Positions 18,368 through 29,120 of a stretch of DNA of 64,000 nucleotides are shown here, one piece after another. Numbering within the stretch: the stretch's first letter is position 1; every line of letters starts with the position of its first letter. The translations under genes and the position numbers were made by a program. The notes beneath the pieces are model-generated. The model saw nothing but the letters and a program-made list of their open reading frames with translations. It was not told the DNA's origin and did not search any database. Location of the stretch: IMG/VR virus record IMGVR_UViG_2739368068_000001, positions 19,116 to 83,115 of that record. One strand, 5' to 3'. This DNA comes from a virus. Taxonomy: Duplodnaviria > Caudoviricetes.

Positions 18368-19360
18368 TCAGGCCGGATCCGGCCCGGCCTGCACCCCGGC
18401 CGCACCGGCCGCACCGGCCGCCGCGTACATGGCCAGCTCGCGGGCGATCGCCTCGCCGATCTGGTCGGCCTGCGCCTCGGGTCCGAGGTGCTCGACAACG
18501 CTCGCGGCGAGCCCGGGCGCGATCTCGCCGAGGTGCGCCAGCAGCGCCGCCCGGGTCTGGTCACCCTGAGCCCGGATCTCGGCCATGACCGCCTCGTGAT
18601 CGCCGCCGGCGTTGACGGCGGCGAGGATCGCCGCCTGCCCGGTCCGGATCTCGCCGAGCAGCGCGGCCAGACGGCTGACCTGCTCCCATGTGTACTCGGC
18701 GAGCGCCCGCTGACTCACGTTGCCCCAACCGCCGGACTTGGCCCACGCGCCGACTCCCGCCGACTGGAACGGCTGCGCGGTCCGCAGACCGTCGACTACC
18801 TGCTCTTTACTCACACCGGGCCCCTTACTGATCATGTCGGCGACGTCGCGCCGGAAGGTGTTCATATTGAAACTGGGATCGGTTTTCACTGATGCGTGGC
18901 CGTAGCCGCCCGGCTGGTGTTCCTTGTGGCCGGCGACGCCCCACCCGGTGCGCTTCTTCAAGGCCGCGACGCCGCGCACGTAGGAGTCGTACTGCCGATC
19001 GGTCCACGGCTCGCCTAGGGCGTGCTGCGCCTCGATCCCGAGCAGGCCAGTGTTGCCGACCCCCTTGAACGGGCCGGCCCAGCCGGTACGGACGTGGTTG
19101 CACCGCCCGGCCGCGATCACGTGCCAATGACCCGTCCTAGACAGGTAGAGCTGCGCGATTGGCGGCGGTGCCGTTTGCGACCCGTTCAGCAGTACGTGGA
19201 TCTCACCGGCGTCAGTCGAGCGGATCGACCCCCGCGTCTCGTGACACATGATGCCGCGCGGCTCGAACGTCGCCGACCCGCGCGTCTTCCACCCGCTGAC
19301 CTCGTGCACGGTCAGCCCGGCGGCCCGCAGGCAGTCAGCCAGCCACGTCTGTCGGCCCAT
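18368..19360 (-). CDS. Endolysin, N-acetylmuramoyl-L-alanine amidase (Amidase_2-like)
   Basis: MCHETRG, AAGRCNH, LGIEA, GHKEH...KTDP Zn-amidase motifs. Confidence 0.88.
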   Translation of the reverse strand: MGRQTWLADCLRAAGLTVHEVSGWKTRGSATFEPRGIMCHETRGSIRSTDAGEIHVLLNGSQTAPPPIAQLYLSRTGHWHVIAAGRCNHVRTGWAGPFKGVGNTGLLGIEAQHALGEPWTDRQYDSYVRGVAALKKRTGWGVAGHKEHQPGGYGHASVKTDPSFNMNTFRRDVADMISKGPGVSKEQVVDGLRTAQPFQSAGVGAWAKSGGWGNVSQRALAEYTWEQVSRLAALLGEIRTGQAAILAAVNAGGDHEAVMAEIRAQGDQTRAALLAHLGEIAPGLAASVVEHLGPEAQADQIGEAIARELAMYAAAGAAGAAGVQAGPDPA

Positions 19361-19670
19361 CGCCGCCTCCCCCCATGATCGGTGTCGCGGTGTACCGCGA
19401 CGGGTCGCCCGGGTCCTGGACGACGTCGTACCCCTCCGGACCGGTGACCGGCCCGTACGTGATGTGCGGGGCGACCTGCGTTGACGCCTGCCAGGTAATC
19501 GGGGTGGCCAGCGCCGTCAGGGAGCCCGAGAACGTCACCGGCCGTTGCTCCGTGCCCGGTCCGGTGACCTGCACCTGCAACCCGATGACCTCATGCGGCA
19601 AATAGACAGATTTGTCGAAAACGATGAGTACGTTCACGTGCGGGTCCTGTTCCGGGATCGATACGGGCAT
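19335..19670 (-). CDS. Hypothetical protein (tail-associated)
   Basis: 111 aa beta-rich ORF between spike and endolysin. Confidence 0.55.
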   Translation of the reverse strand: MPVSIPEQDPHVNVLIVFDKSVYLPHEVIGLQVQVTGPGTEQRPVTFSGSLTALATPITWQASTQVAPHITYGPVTGPEGYDVVQDPGDPSRYTATPIMGGGGDGPTDVAG

Positions 19671-21817
19671 CAGGGAGCGACCGCCGCCCAGAACGCGAAC
19701 CCAATCGTCGCGTTGCTGCCCGGAGTGAGCGGGCTAGGCAGACTCGTCCGCCCGGTTCCGTTCGTCGCGAACCGGTAGCGGCCCGGCGTCGACAGTCCGA
19801 GGTTGGCCAGCGGCCCGGTCAGTTCGCTGCTCCGGTAGATCGTCGGCGGCGTGCTGGCGTTGAACAGGAACGCGACCCAGTACATGCCCCGGGTCAAGAC
19901 GACCTCGGTAAACGAGGTCGTCTTGACGCCGGTCGTCGTGATCACCGAGTCGACACCGACCGCCGCGAGTCGCACCCCGGCCGAGTTGTACAGGCCGACG
20001 AAGTTCTGCCCAGCGGTCACCCCGGCGGCGGCGGTGAAAACCCCCCAGTAGATGCGTGTGCACGGCGCCGCGTCGTCGGGCACGTACACCGCCGCCAGGT
20101 ACAGAGTCCCGCCGACCGTCACCCGACCGGCGCCGATCAGCGCCGGATCGCAGGTCCACGCGATCACGTCATGCGCCGCCCGTGGGGTCGGCACCCCGAC
20201 CACCGGCCCCGACAGAGCGAGCCCGGCCCGGGACTCCGACACCGGAGCGTTGAACGGGCCCGACACCAGCGTCACCGCCGAGCCCCGATGTACCAGCCCC
20301 AGCGTGCCCGTCTGCGCCCACGGCTGCACCGCAGAATGGATGTAGCCGGACGCCACGACCACATGGCCCGCGTCGGCGATGTCGACGCCACGCTCAGGGC
20401 TGAGTACTCCCGTGCCGTCGTCCTCCACCCCGGGCAGCACCGTCAGCCCGTCGACCAGCACAGGGCTTTCTCCCCACACGGTCAGCGCCGCCAGCTCGTT
20501 ACCGCCAACGCCGCCGTACAGACCGTCGCGGCGTAGCGTCACGTTCGACAGGTGGATCGGTGCGTTCCCCTCGCTGTCGATCGATATGCCGTACGTGAAG
20601 CTGCCGTCGGTTGAGCATCCCGACAGCGACAGCCCGGCGCCGCCGTACGTGCCGGTGACCTCGAAGCCGTAGCCGCCGGACCGTTCGGCGTGACACCCGA
20701 CCAGCCGCGAGCCGACCGAGTCCAGCAGGTAAAAGCCCGTGTTGTCCGGCCGGACCGCCCGACAGTTGATCAACGTCATGGCGGAGGTGCTGCCGAGGTT
20801 GAACCCGTCCATTTCGGCGTCGATGACCGTGCAGTTCGTGATGGTCCAGCGCGACGGCTGGTGCACAGAGTCGTCGATCCGCGTGTGCTGGCCGAAGTAG
20901 AACCCGTCATAGGCCGTGCCCACCACGGTGACCGAGTCGATGACGACGCCGGTCACAGAACCCCGGCCGGTGATGCCGTCGCAGTTCGCCGCCGACGCGT
21001 TGAGCGTCACGTCGACCAGCCGCGCCCCCGTGTGCTCGACGGCGTACCCGCCGATCTCCCGGTCGACGAGCGCGACCATGCCCCGCGAGTCGGATCCGTC
21101 CGAGTCGTCCCAGGAGGCCAGGGCGACGATGACGGACGGCGTCCCGTCGACGGCGGAGCCGCCGACGTGCGAGCCCCGCAGCGTGACCGACGGCGGCAAC
21201 AGCAGCGGCTCCGTGACCGCGTACCGGCCCGGCGGCAGGAACACCACCCCGCCGGCCGAACACGCGTTCAGCGCCGCCTGGATCGCTCCGGCGTCGTCGG
21301 TGACCCCGTCACCGGCGGCACCGAAAGCGCGGACGGACAGCCAGCCGAGCGCCGTCCCGGTCACCCCGCCGACCGTCAGCGGCCCCGGCATGCTCACCGC
21401 ATCGCCGAACGTTGCCGGCCCGCCGACGTCGAGCGACCCATTGACTTGCAGCGGCCCGTCGATGATCTCCTCGGACGACACCACGGCGATCGCCGTCAGC
21501 AGCACCCGGGGCCCGCCCTGCGCCGAAATCCAGAGTTCCTTGACCCAGTCAGGGCCGGCGAACCGGGGAATCTGGCCGTACGCGTCGTCGCCGGTCTCGT
21601 CGGCCGAAACAATCTCGGTGACCGGTGCGCCCGTGTCGTCGAGCAGGTCAACGATCTGCGTACCGCCGACCTTCGCCGTGTACGCCCTGATGGTGATGCC
21701 GCCGACGACGACCGCCGCCCGGCCGGTGATCTGGTTGGGCACCTCGCCGACCACCACGTTCGCGCCATGCGCGAGCGTCCAATCGGCGGGCCCTCCGCCG
21801 AACCAATACCGCGTCAC
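19670..21817 (-). CDS. Tail spike with pectate-lyase-3-like parallel beta-helix
   Basis: SVRAFGAAGDGVTDDAGAIQAALN...VFLPPGRY motif followed by beta-helix repeats. Confidence 0.85.
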   Translation of the reverse strand: MTRYWFGGGPADWTLAHGANVVVGEVPNQITGRAAVVVGGITIRAYTAKVGGTQIVDLLDDTGAPVTEIVSADETGDDAYGQIPRFAGPDWVKELWISAQGGPRVLLTAIAVVSSEEIIDGPLQVNGSLDVGGPATFGDAVSMPGPLTVGGVTGTALGWLSVRAFGAAGDGVTDDAGAIQAALNACSAGGVVFLPPGRYAVTEPLLLPPSVTLRGSHVGGSAVDGTPSVIVALASWDDSDGSDSRGMVALVDREIGGYAVEHTGARLVDVTLNASAANCDGITGRGSVTGVVIDSVTVVGTAYDGFYFGQHTRIDDSVHQPSRWTITNCTVIDAEMDGFNLGSTSAMTLINCRAVRPDNTGFYLLDSVGSRLVGCHAERSGGYGFEVTGTYGGAGLSLSGCSTDGSFTYGISIDSEGNAPIHLSNVTLRRDGLYGGVGGNELAALTVWGESPVLVDGLTVLPGVEDDGTGVLSPERGVDIADAGHVVVASGYIHSAVQPWAQTGTLGLVHRGSAVTLVSGPFNAPVSESRAGLALSGPVVGVPTPRAAHDVIAWTCDPALIGAGRVTVGGTLYLAAVYVPDDAAPCTRIYWGVFTAAAGVTAGQNFVGLYNSAGVRLAAVGVDSVITTTGVKTTSFTEVVLTRGMYWVAFLFNASTPPTIYRSSELTGPLANLGLSTPGRYRFATNGTGRTSLPSPLTPGSNATIGFAFWAAVAP

Positions 21818-21829
21818 AGATCCCCCTGG

Positions 21830-22771
21830 TCAGCCGTTGGTCGGGTACGTAATCGCGGCGAGCATCACGTGTTTTCCGTACGCAACACCGGTTGCGAAGT
21901 TCCCGTGAATGACACCGTTTGTGTGGATAGTGACGTCGCAGGTTCCGCCGCCCTGGACGACACCGACCGTCCACGTCTGTTGAGTCGGCCGGTACCCGGC
22001 CGGAATCACACCGACCTGCACCGACGAGCCGGCGGGAAGGTTGATCGTCGGGCGAGAGAACGTCAGCGTCAGGGCCGCGAAACCGTTGCGGCGATAGACC
22101 CGGTTGATGATCCCTTCCCAGTTCGTGCCGAGCGCGACGTTTGCCGGTCCGACGTCCTCCCCGATCGTCAGCCAGCGGGTACCGTCCGACACCGACACCC
22201 GTTGCGCGGTCGGCGTATCCGGGTTGACCTCGATCGCGATCAGGGCAGGCTGCGGCGGCGGCAGCGACCCGTACGGCACCACCACCGGCGGCCGGCCGGC
22301 GTACCGGGCCACCGGCTTGACGTCCGACGGCAGGATCGTCGACACGCCGCTCCCGACTCGGACCTCCGCGATCGGGATCTCCCAAATCCCGTCGCCGGCG
22401 GCCTCCGAATCCGGCTGCTGGACCGGCGTCGGCGCCGCGCCGCCCGGGCTACCGGCCCGGACCTTCATCGTGGCCGACCAGTCGGACCGATCGAGCCGCA
22501 GCACCACCAGATCGACCCGGGTAGCGCCCGAGTTCGCGCCGATCGACAGAGTCAGCCCGTTCTCGTCGGTGCGCCAGCCGTGGCCGCGCACCGCGCCGGC
22601 GACGTTCGGCCGTACCTTGACGTGCATCCCGGTCGCGTCGGCGTACACCGGCGTCGTCGACGTCGGATAGCCGTACAGCCCGTCACCGGTGAGCGTCGCC
22701 ATGAGCTGCTCAAACTGGATATCGTCGACCGCGCGCCCGGTGGCCGGTAGCGGCCAAGACGTTTCACCCAT
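21830..22771 (-). CDS. Minor tail protein
   Basis: NSGATRVDLVVLRLD...WEIPIAEVRV motif and C-terminal beta domain; position. Confidence 0.8.
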   Translation of the reverse strand: MGETSWPLPATGRAVDDIQFEQLMATLTGDGLYGYPTSTTPVYADATGMHVKVRPNVAGAVRGHGWRTDENGLTLSIGANSGATRVDLVVLRLDRSDWSATMKVRAGSPGGAAPTPVQQPDSEAAGDGIWEIPIAEVRVGSGVSTILPSDVKPVARYAGRPPVVVPYGSLPPPQPALIAIEVNPDTPTAQRVSVSDGTRWLTIGEDVGPANVALGTNWEGIINRVYRRNGFAALTLTFSRPTINLPAGSSVQVGVIPAGYRPTQQTWTVGVVQGGGTCDVTIHTNGVIHGNFATGVAYGKHVMLAAITYPTNG

Positions 22772-22774
22772 GGG

Positions 22775-23935
22775 TTAGTTCCTCTCCTGCCGGCCGAGCC
22801 GGCGCATCAGTTCGCGGACCAGCGCGACGAGCGTGGTATCGGTGGTCGGCTCGCCGGCGCCGATCGTCGGCGTCACCACCGCCCCCTCATTCGGGGTTGC
22901 CTGCACCCGGACGGCCGTGACCCGGTCGACGAGCGTCACGCCGCTGGCCAGCTCGACCGGGACCAGGTCGCCGAGTTCGTAATGGAGCCCGTACCGGACG
23001 CCGCCGGCGTCGATCGCCGTCGCGGTCAGCCCGGTCTTGGCCGCCTTGTCGGCGAGCGCCTCATCGCCGTACAGCTCCAGCCCGGCCGCGGAGTCGACCC
23101 CGGACTGGTTGACGAACATCTCCATTCGCCGGTACGGGCTGGTCGCGGCCCGCTCGACGAGCAGCCGGCCGGCGCCCTCACCCGCGCCGCCGACGATTGC
23201 GACCGTCGCGACCGGGGCGGTCGGATCCGTCGACAGGGCCCGCAGGTTCCCGCGCGACCGCCCAAACCGGGCATTGTTGCGGACCAGCGGCGCCGCGACC
23301 TCGAACAGCAGCGACCCGGCCCCGGTGTCCCGGATCCGGAACGTCAGGTCACCGCCGACAGTCGCGCAGTACCGCAGCACGTCCAGCAGCGGATCGAAGC
23401 GAGTGGTGACGTCGATGAGCCCGCCGACGCCGGCGGCCGGGCCGAGCGCCAGCTCTTGCACCCGCCGTACCGGCAGCGCGCCCGGACCGGCGTTCAGGTT
23501 GACGAGCTGCCGCATCACGGTCTCGGCGTTGATGCTCGTGACCGTGTACGCGTCGACGTCCTGGTCGGCCGCGTCCGTCGCCGGGTCCGGGTAGGTGATC
23601 CGCTCGCCGAGATAGGCGAGGTTGTCGGCAAACCCGATATTGACCATGCCCGGGCCGGCGTCCTCGCCCGGCTCGGCTGACCACCGGTACGCGCCCGGCC
23701 GCTCGATTGGTCCGGAGATCAGCACCCGCCCCGGGGCGAGTGGTGTTGGCTGCTGCACCACCTGGATCCGGTGGTTGGGCTCGGCTACTGCGGTGAGGAT
23801 GTCGCGGCGGGCCGGTAGTTGCACCACTCCGGACCCGACCGCGTTGTGCCGCAGGACGACGTCGAGACTTGTCCACGGCAGCGGGTGGGTAGCCGGCCGC
23901 AGGTCCGGCGCAGTGATCAGGACGACGTACGACAC
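22775..23935 (-). CDS. Minor tail protein (ReqiPepy6 Gp37-like)
   Basis: LRHNAVGSG, AIVGGAGEGAGR, YELGDLVPV motifs; follows Dit. Confidence 0.8.
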   Translation of the reverse strand: MSYVVLITAPDLRPATHPLPWTSLDVVLRHNAVGSGVVQLPARRDILTAVAEPNHRIQVVQQPTPLAPGRVLISGPIERPGAYRWSAEPGEDAGPGMVNIGFADNLAYLGERITYPDPATDAADQDVDAYTVTSINAETVMRQLVNLNAGPGALPVRRVQELALGPAAGVGGLIDVTTRFDPLLDVLRYCATVGGDLTFRIRDTGAGSLLFEVAAPLVRNNARFGRSRGNLRALSTDPTAPVATVAIVGGAGEGAGRLLVERAATSPYRRMEMFVNQSGVDSAAGLELYGDEALADKAAKTGLTATAIDAGGVRYGLHYELGDLVPVELASGVTLVDRVTAVRVQATPNEGAVVTPTIGAGEPTTDTTLVALVRELMRRLGRQERN

Positions 23936-23943
23936 CGGCCCCC

Positions 23944-24906
23944 CTACGCGGTCTCATAGAGGCCGTAAAACTCGGCGTACAGGCTGGTCTGGCCGGGCTC
24001 GGCGCCGGTGACGGTGAACGCGACTTGTGACGGGCCCGGGTCGAGCGGCCACAGCACCGACGTGGTCCAGTCGACGGCGCCCGCCCACGTCGAGCCGTCC
24101 GGGCCGATCACCGCCCCGGTCTCGGTCTCGATCACGATGGTCTCGCCGGCGCCAAGCGCCGCGCCGTGGTGGGCGAAGATGTCGAGCGTCCACGACTCGC
24201 CGCGCCGGTGGTTGACCGCGATGACCTCGGTCGCCGGGCCGGTGACCGTCCAGACTGGCCACGCCAGCACCCCGCCGGGGTTGACCACCACCGTGCTTCC
24301 GAGGCTCTGCGAGCTGGACACGGTCGGGAACGGGGCCAGGAACGATGACGGTTCTTCCGACGCCGACCGGATGATCGGTGTCGGGGACGGGTCGCGCCAG
24401 TACCCGTCAGGGCACCACAGGGTCAACGCGGCCAGGTCCCACCGGATCCCGGCCGCCGGCTGGCCCTCGTACCCGTCTTGGAAGAAGGCGAGGATCTCCC
24501 GAGCGGTTCCGTCCGGGCGACCGACCCGAAACCGGCCGGGCCGGCCGCTGTGAAACGTGCTTTTGAACGCGTCGGCGAGCCGCCGCCACCTGCCGAGAAA
24601 CTCGGCATGGTTACGACCTTCCACGAACAGCGGAAGGATGATCACCTTCGGTTCCGCCTGCTGGTGGTGCAGGTCGGCGCCGCCCCGAGCCCTGGGCAGT
24701 GTGACCAGGGAGATCGGGGCGGCGCCGAGCCCGGACGGGCCTGGTGATGGCGAGAACCAGCCGGCGTCGAGCCGCGTAAGGGGAATCTCCTCGTTGTACG
24801 GCGTGATCCACGACAGCGACGGATAGTCGGCCGGTACCACCGGTGGCGGCGGCGGGCCGGGCGGGATTTCCGGGATCGACAACAACGAGCCGATAGCGAC
24901 CGGCAT
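23944..24906 (-). CDS. Distal tail protein (Dit)
   Basis: Directly after the tape measure; LWCPDGYW, NPGGVLAWPVWTVTGP. Confidence 0.8.
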   Translation of the reverse strand: MPVAIGSLLSIPEIPPGPPPPPVVPADYPSLSWITPYNEEIPLTRLDAGWFSPSPGPSGLGAAPISLVTLPRARGGADLHHQQAEPKVIILPLFVEGRNHAEFLGRWRRLADAFKSTFHSGRPGRFRVGRPDGTAREILAFFQDGYEGQPAAGIRWDLAALTLWCPDGYWRDPSPTPIIRSASEEPSSFLAPFPTVSSSQSLGSTVVVNPGGVLAWPVWTVTGPATEVIAVNHRRGESWTLDIFAHHGAALGAGETIVIETETGAVIGPDGSTWAGAVDWTTSVLWPLDPGPSQVAFTVTGAEPGQTSLYAEFYGLYETA

Positions 24907-27900
24907 CTATTCCTGCCTTCCGATTCGCGACAGCATGTCGTGCTTCGCGGTGATGCCCTGTAGCTGCCGCTCGTCCAGCGTCGCCACCCGGGGATAGATG
25001 TTGTACGTCGTCGACGAGCCTGCCGACCCGCCGCCGCCGGACAGCCGGGCCTGGATCCGATCCCAGTCCGGACCGGTCAGGATCCGCTCAGGCCGGCCGG
25101 TGCCGTTGTAGGCGACCGTCAGACCCGGCAGCAACCAGCCGCCGGAGTCGTACACCGCGTGACCCATCCGGGCGAAGTCGCCGACCGGCGTGGCGTCCCG
25201 GCCGACGACCACCCCGTCACTACCCCGCGACTCGAAGCCGAGCCCGGCGAGGTTCGCTGCGGTGTGCCCCACCGACCCGCCGCCGCGCTCGCCGGCGTGC
25301 GCCCACCCGGCGGTGAGCAGTCCCCACCCCGGGCCGGGGAAGAATGGCGCCTGGTTGTGGGTGGTGAACACCCGCGAGTGCGGCGACCGGCCCCTCATCA
25401 GGTTGTAGACGGCGCCGACCATGCCGGAGCAGTCGTAGCCGCCCGGGCCGACACCGGCCCACACGTACGGTTTCCCGTCCTGCTGCCGGATCCACTGCTG
25501 GATCCCGGCCGTCCGCTCCGACACCGGCCCCTGGTAGCCACCCGAGAAGACATCGGTGACCTTCTCGCGGATCGCGTCGATCACCGTGCCGAGCGCCGAC
25601 CGGGCGAACCCGGTCACGACGTCGCGTAGCGCCCCGCCGCCGGGGATCTTCCCGATCAGGTCGACGACCTGCGACCGCACCCAGCCGATCGGGTCGGTAA
25701 GCGTGTTCCACACACTGGAGATCCGGCCGACGAACCCGCCATCGGCGAAGGCGAGCCCTTCGGAGCCGTCACCCGGCCGGCCGACCTGCGGCCCGGCTGT
25801 CCGCGTCTTGCCGATCAGCCAGTCGAAGAACGAGACACCCATCCGGGCCACGATGTGCGCCGGGATGACGTACTCCCCGTTGGACAGCCGGGCCAAGATC
25901 GAATCTGTGCGCGGCCCGCCCGGGCCGGTGACGAACCCACCAGTCGCGAACCCCTGCGGCAGCGGAATCTGTACGTTGTCGGGCTTGACCCCGAACATGC
26001 TGGCGATCTTGTTATAGGCGGCGAGCAAGCCCTGATTCAGTACCGTCTGCACGACGAACCTGACGGGAACCTTGGCGACGTCCTGCACCGCCCGCCAAGC
26101 GGTCTCGATGGCCGAGACACCACGGCGGAACGCCGGCGCCACCCAGGTTTCGATGAATCCGCCGAACGCCTCGAACACCGGCCGGATCAGGCTTTCCCAC
26201 ACGAACGACACCACCGAGGCGATGCCCCGAAACGCCGGTTCGATCGCGTTCCGCCATAGCCAGCTCGCGACGGCGCCGACCGCCCGGAACGCGATTTGCC
26301 ACAGGCCGAAGATCACTTGCACGGCGGCCCACGCAATCGAAATCGCGAGTTGGATCCCCTGAAACGCGGGGACGACGACACTCCGCCACAGCGCCATGAT
26401 CACCGGCATGACAAAGTTCGTGATCACGGCCGAGACGGCGTTGAAGACCGGCTCAGTGACGTTGGTCCACCACCACATCACGACGGCGGCAATCGCGTTG
26501 AATGCCGGCATCCAGACCTCGACCCACAGCCACGTCACCACGGCGGCGACGGCCGCGATCGCCGCGGCGATCGCGGTGAACGTCGGCATCAAGATCGTTT
26601 GCCAGAGCCAGACGGCCGCGACTCCCACGGCGTCGAGCGCCGTCGTGACGACCTGCCGGAAGCCCTCGAACCGGTTCCACGCGAACACCACGGCGGCGAC
26701 CAGGGCGACGACGCCGGCGACGATCAGCGCCAGCGGCCCGCCGGCCGCCAGGGCCAGCGCGGCACCGATCGCACCGATCCCGCCGACGATCAGCGCCAGC
26801 CACGACGGGTCGAGCGCCGCCAGCCATGACAGCGTGGCGTTGGCGATATCGAGGATGATCGCTCCGAGTGGGGCGAACACGATCCCGAGCCGGATAGCGA
26901 ACAAGATCAGGTTGCCGATCAAGGCCAGGACGTCGGGCCCGGTCTCGATCACGTAGTCGATGAAGGACTCGAAGCCCTCACTACCGGCGAGCCCGGCGGC
27001 CCACTCGGCGAAGCTGTCCGCCATGTCGGCCAGCCCGTCGCCCATCTGCTGCGACAGCGGCATGAAGGCAACCATCAGCGACGCGAACCCACGCGCCAGC
27101 CCACCGATGATGTCGCCGAAGGTCTGGAACGCCGGCCCGGCGAACCGGCCGAGCAGGTCGAAGAAGTCGACCCAGAACGGCGCGGTCAGCGCGGCCCCGG
27201 CCCGGGCGAACAGGTCACCGATCGCGGTAGACACCCGACTGACGAACAAGATCACAAGCGGGAGCACAGGTAGGAAGGCTTCGATGCCCTCCTGGACGCC
27301 GGGCAGTAGCCCGGCCTCCGCCGCCTGCCGCACAAGCCGGAACTCATCACGGAGCCCGACCAGGAACAACGCGAACTCGCGACCCGCCGGCGACAGCCCG
27401 GAAAGCGCTTCCTTCACCCGGTCGACGGCGGCGACACCGGCCGCCCCCGTCTGCTGGTGCGCCTGCGCCATCGACCGCTGAGCGTTGATCACGGCCTGCT
27501 GCGCCTGCGCGATCGAAAACGCCGCTTGCCGCTCCTGCGTCGCCTGGTTCGCCCGGGCCTCCGCAACGGCCCGCTGCGCGGCGGCGACCCGCTCGTCAGC
27601 CTCGGCGATCCGCTCCCGGGCCGCCCGTACCTGCTCCGACCCCTCGATCCCGGCCCGGTTCGCCGCCTCCTGCTCGGCGGTCAGCCGCTCCTGCCGGATC
27701 CGGAGATCCTCGACCTGCTGCACCGCCTGGTCGTAGTTGAGCTGCGCCCGCTCCCGCTCCAGATCCGTCGCCGTCGGGTCGGCGAGCACGTCGTCGAGCC
27801 GGGCCCGCGCCTCCTCCAGGTTGAGCAGCGCCCCCCGCTGCGCGAGCGCACCGTTAGCGACCGCCGACGCGAGATCCTCTTGAGCCCGGCGGGCGTCTTC

Positions 27901-29085
27901 CTGCGCCCGGGTCAGGTCCGCCCGGGCCCGGGCCGCCGCCTCCTCCGCATCGCGTAGCTGGTCGACCGCCTGCCGCACCTGCTCCGCCGACCGGCGGACC
28001 TGGTCGGCCGCGTTCGCCCGCGTGTTCGCCAACGACCTTTCGGCGGATTCGACCTGCGACGCCGCCGACGCTATCCGGGCCTGCTGGCCGGCCAGACTGG
28101 CCGCTGACCGGCCCGCCTGCCCCTGCGCCTGGTTGAGCGCTTGTACCGCCCCGAGCACGCCGGAGAACGCCAGCACGAGCACGCCGATACCGGCGACGCC
28201 GGCGATCGCGGCCGGGCCGATCGCGGCGAGGCCGGCCGCCGCCGCTGCCGCAGCCGGAACGATGACCGGTCCGATCAGCGCGGCGACGGAGAGTAGGACC
28301 TGAATCCCGCCGGCGGACGCGACCGACGCCGCACCCATCGCGGCGAGGTTCGCCATCGCACCCTGAGTATTTACATCGACGTCGATCTCAACGTCTTGTG
28401 CTCCGACAGCCCGGGCAGTGGCCGCGACCGTCGTCAGCCCGGTCTGCGCCGCCGTGGTGTCGGCGGTGACCCGCACGTTCGCGTCGGTGCGGGCCAGGGC
28501 CGCCGCCTCCCGCTGCAATCCCTGAATCTCAGTCTTGAGACGTGTGATCTGGGCACCGGCGGCGATCGCGTCGACGTGGAGCGGAATTTCCCCGCCCGCC
28601 TCCCGCACCCGCTCAACCTCGCGGGCCAGGGTGGAGAGCTGCTGCCGCAACACCTGGATACGGCCGAGCGCCTCCTCATCGGCGACGTCGATGTCTATGT
28701 TCTGGTCGCGTAGCTCGACGAGCTGGGCCCGGATCGCCGCGACCTTGCGATCCAACGCCGACGAGTCGGCGTCGATCTCGACGTCGGGCATGTTCGCGAG
28801 CGCGGCCTCAACCCGGGTACGGAGGCTACGGCCGAGCGCGGCGCCGATGTCCTGCCCGGTCCGGACGGCGGCGGCCTGCGCCGGCCGGCCGCCGGCCTGG
28901 ACGCCGTCGCGGGCGGCGCCGGTCATCTGAGTGACGACCGGCGCCGCCATCTGCCGGCCGATGTCCCGGCCCACCGCGTCGGCGGCCGGGAGCACCTGCG
29001 CCCGCAGACGCGGATAGAAATCGCGGGCGTCGGGCTCGACGTCGAGCGCGACAGCACCGGCGATCGCCACGTCGGGACTGGTCAT
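24907..29085 (-). CDS. Tape measure protein with C-terminal NlpC/P60 domain
   Basis: 1392 aa, Ala-rich coiled coil and hydrophobic repeats; KPYVWAGVGPGGYDCSG...GHTA. Confidence 0.92.
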   Translation of the reverse strand: MTSPDVAIAGAVALDVEPDARDFYPRLRAQVLPAADAVGRDIGRQMAAPVVTQMTGAARDGVQAGGRPAQAAAVRTGQDIGAALGRSLRTRVEAALANMPDVEIDADSSALDRKVAAIRAQLVELRDQNIDIDVADEEALGRIQVLRQQLSTLAREVERVREAGGEIPLHVDAIAAGAQITRLKTEIQGLQREAAALARTDANVRVTADTTAAQTGLTTVAATARAVGAQDVEIDVDVNTQGAMANLAAMGAASVASAGGIQVLLSVAALIGPVIVPAAAAAAAGLAAIGPAAIAGVAGIGVLVLAFSGVLGAVQALNQAQGQAGRSAASLAGQQARIASAASQVESAERSLANTRANAADQVRRSAEQVRQAVDQLRDAEEAAARARADLTRAQEDARRAQEDLASAVANGALAQRGALLNLEEARARLDDVLADPTATDLERERAQLNYDQAVQQVEDLRIRQERLTAEQEAANRAGIEGSEQVRAARERIAEADERVAAAQRAVAEARANQATQERQAAFSIAQAQQAVINAQRSMAQAHQQTGAAGVAAVDRVKEALSGLSPAGREFALFLVGLRDEFRLVRQAAEAGLLPGVQEGIEAFLPVLPLVILFVSRVSTAIGDLFARAGAALTAPFWVDFFDLLGRFAGPAFQTFGDIIGGLARGFASLMVAFMPLSQQMGDGLADMADSFAEWAAGLAGSEGFESFIDYVIETGPDVLALIGNLILFAIRLGIVFAPLGAIILDIANATLSWLAALDPSWLALIVGGIGAIGAALALAAGGPLALIVAGVVALVAAVVFAWNRFEGFRQVVTTALDAVGVAAVWLWQTILMPTFTAIAAAIAAVAAVVTWLWVEVWMPAFNAIAAVVMWWWTNVTEPVFNAVSAVITNFVMPVIMALWRSVVVPAFQGIQLAISIAWAAVQVIFGLWQIAFRAVGAVASWLWRNAIEPAFRGIASVVSFVWESLIRPVFEAFGGFIETWVAPAFRRGVSAIETAWRAVQDVAKVPVRFVVQTVLNQGLLAAYNKIASMFGVKPDNVQIPLPQGFATGGFVTGPGGPRTDSILARLSNGEYVIPAHIVARMGVSFFDWLIGKTRTAGPQVGRPGDGSEGLAFADGGFVGRISSVWNTLTDPIGWVRSQVVDLIGKIPGGGALRDVVTGFARSALGTVIDAIREKVTDVFSGGYQGPVSERTAGIQQWIRQQDGKPYVWAGVGPGGYDCSGMVGAVYNLMRGRSPHSRVFTTHNQAPFFPGPGWGLLTAGWAHAGERGGGSVGHTAANLAGLGFESRGSDGVVVGRDATPVGDFARMGHAVYDSGGWLLPGLTVAYNGTGRPERILTGPDWDRIQARLSGGGGSAGSSTTYNIYPRVATLDERQLQGITAKHDMLSRIGRQE

Positions 29086-29120
29086 AGTGCCTTCTCCCCC
29101 GAGTGGCGTTGTGGAGTTGT

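Noticed and set aside
19670-22771. Diversity-generating retroelement acting on tail genes
   Set aside because: No reverse transcriptase and no template/variable repeat pair were found.
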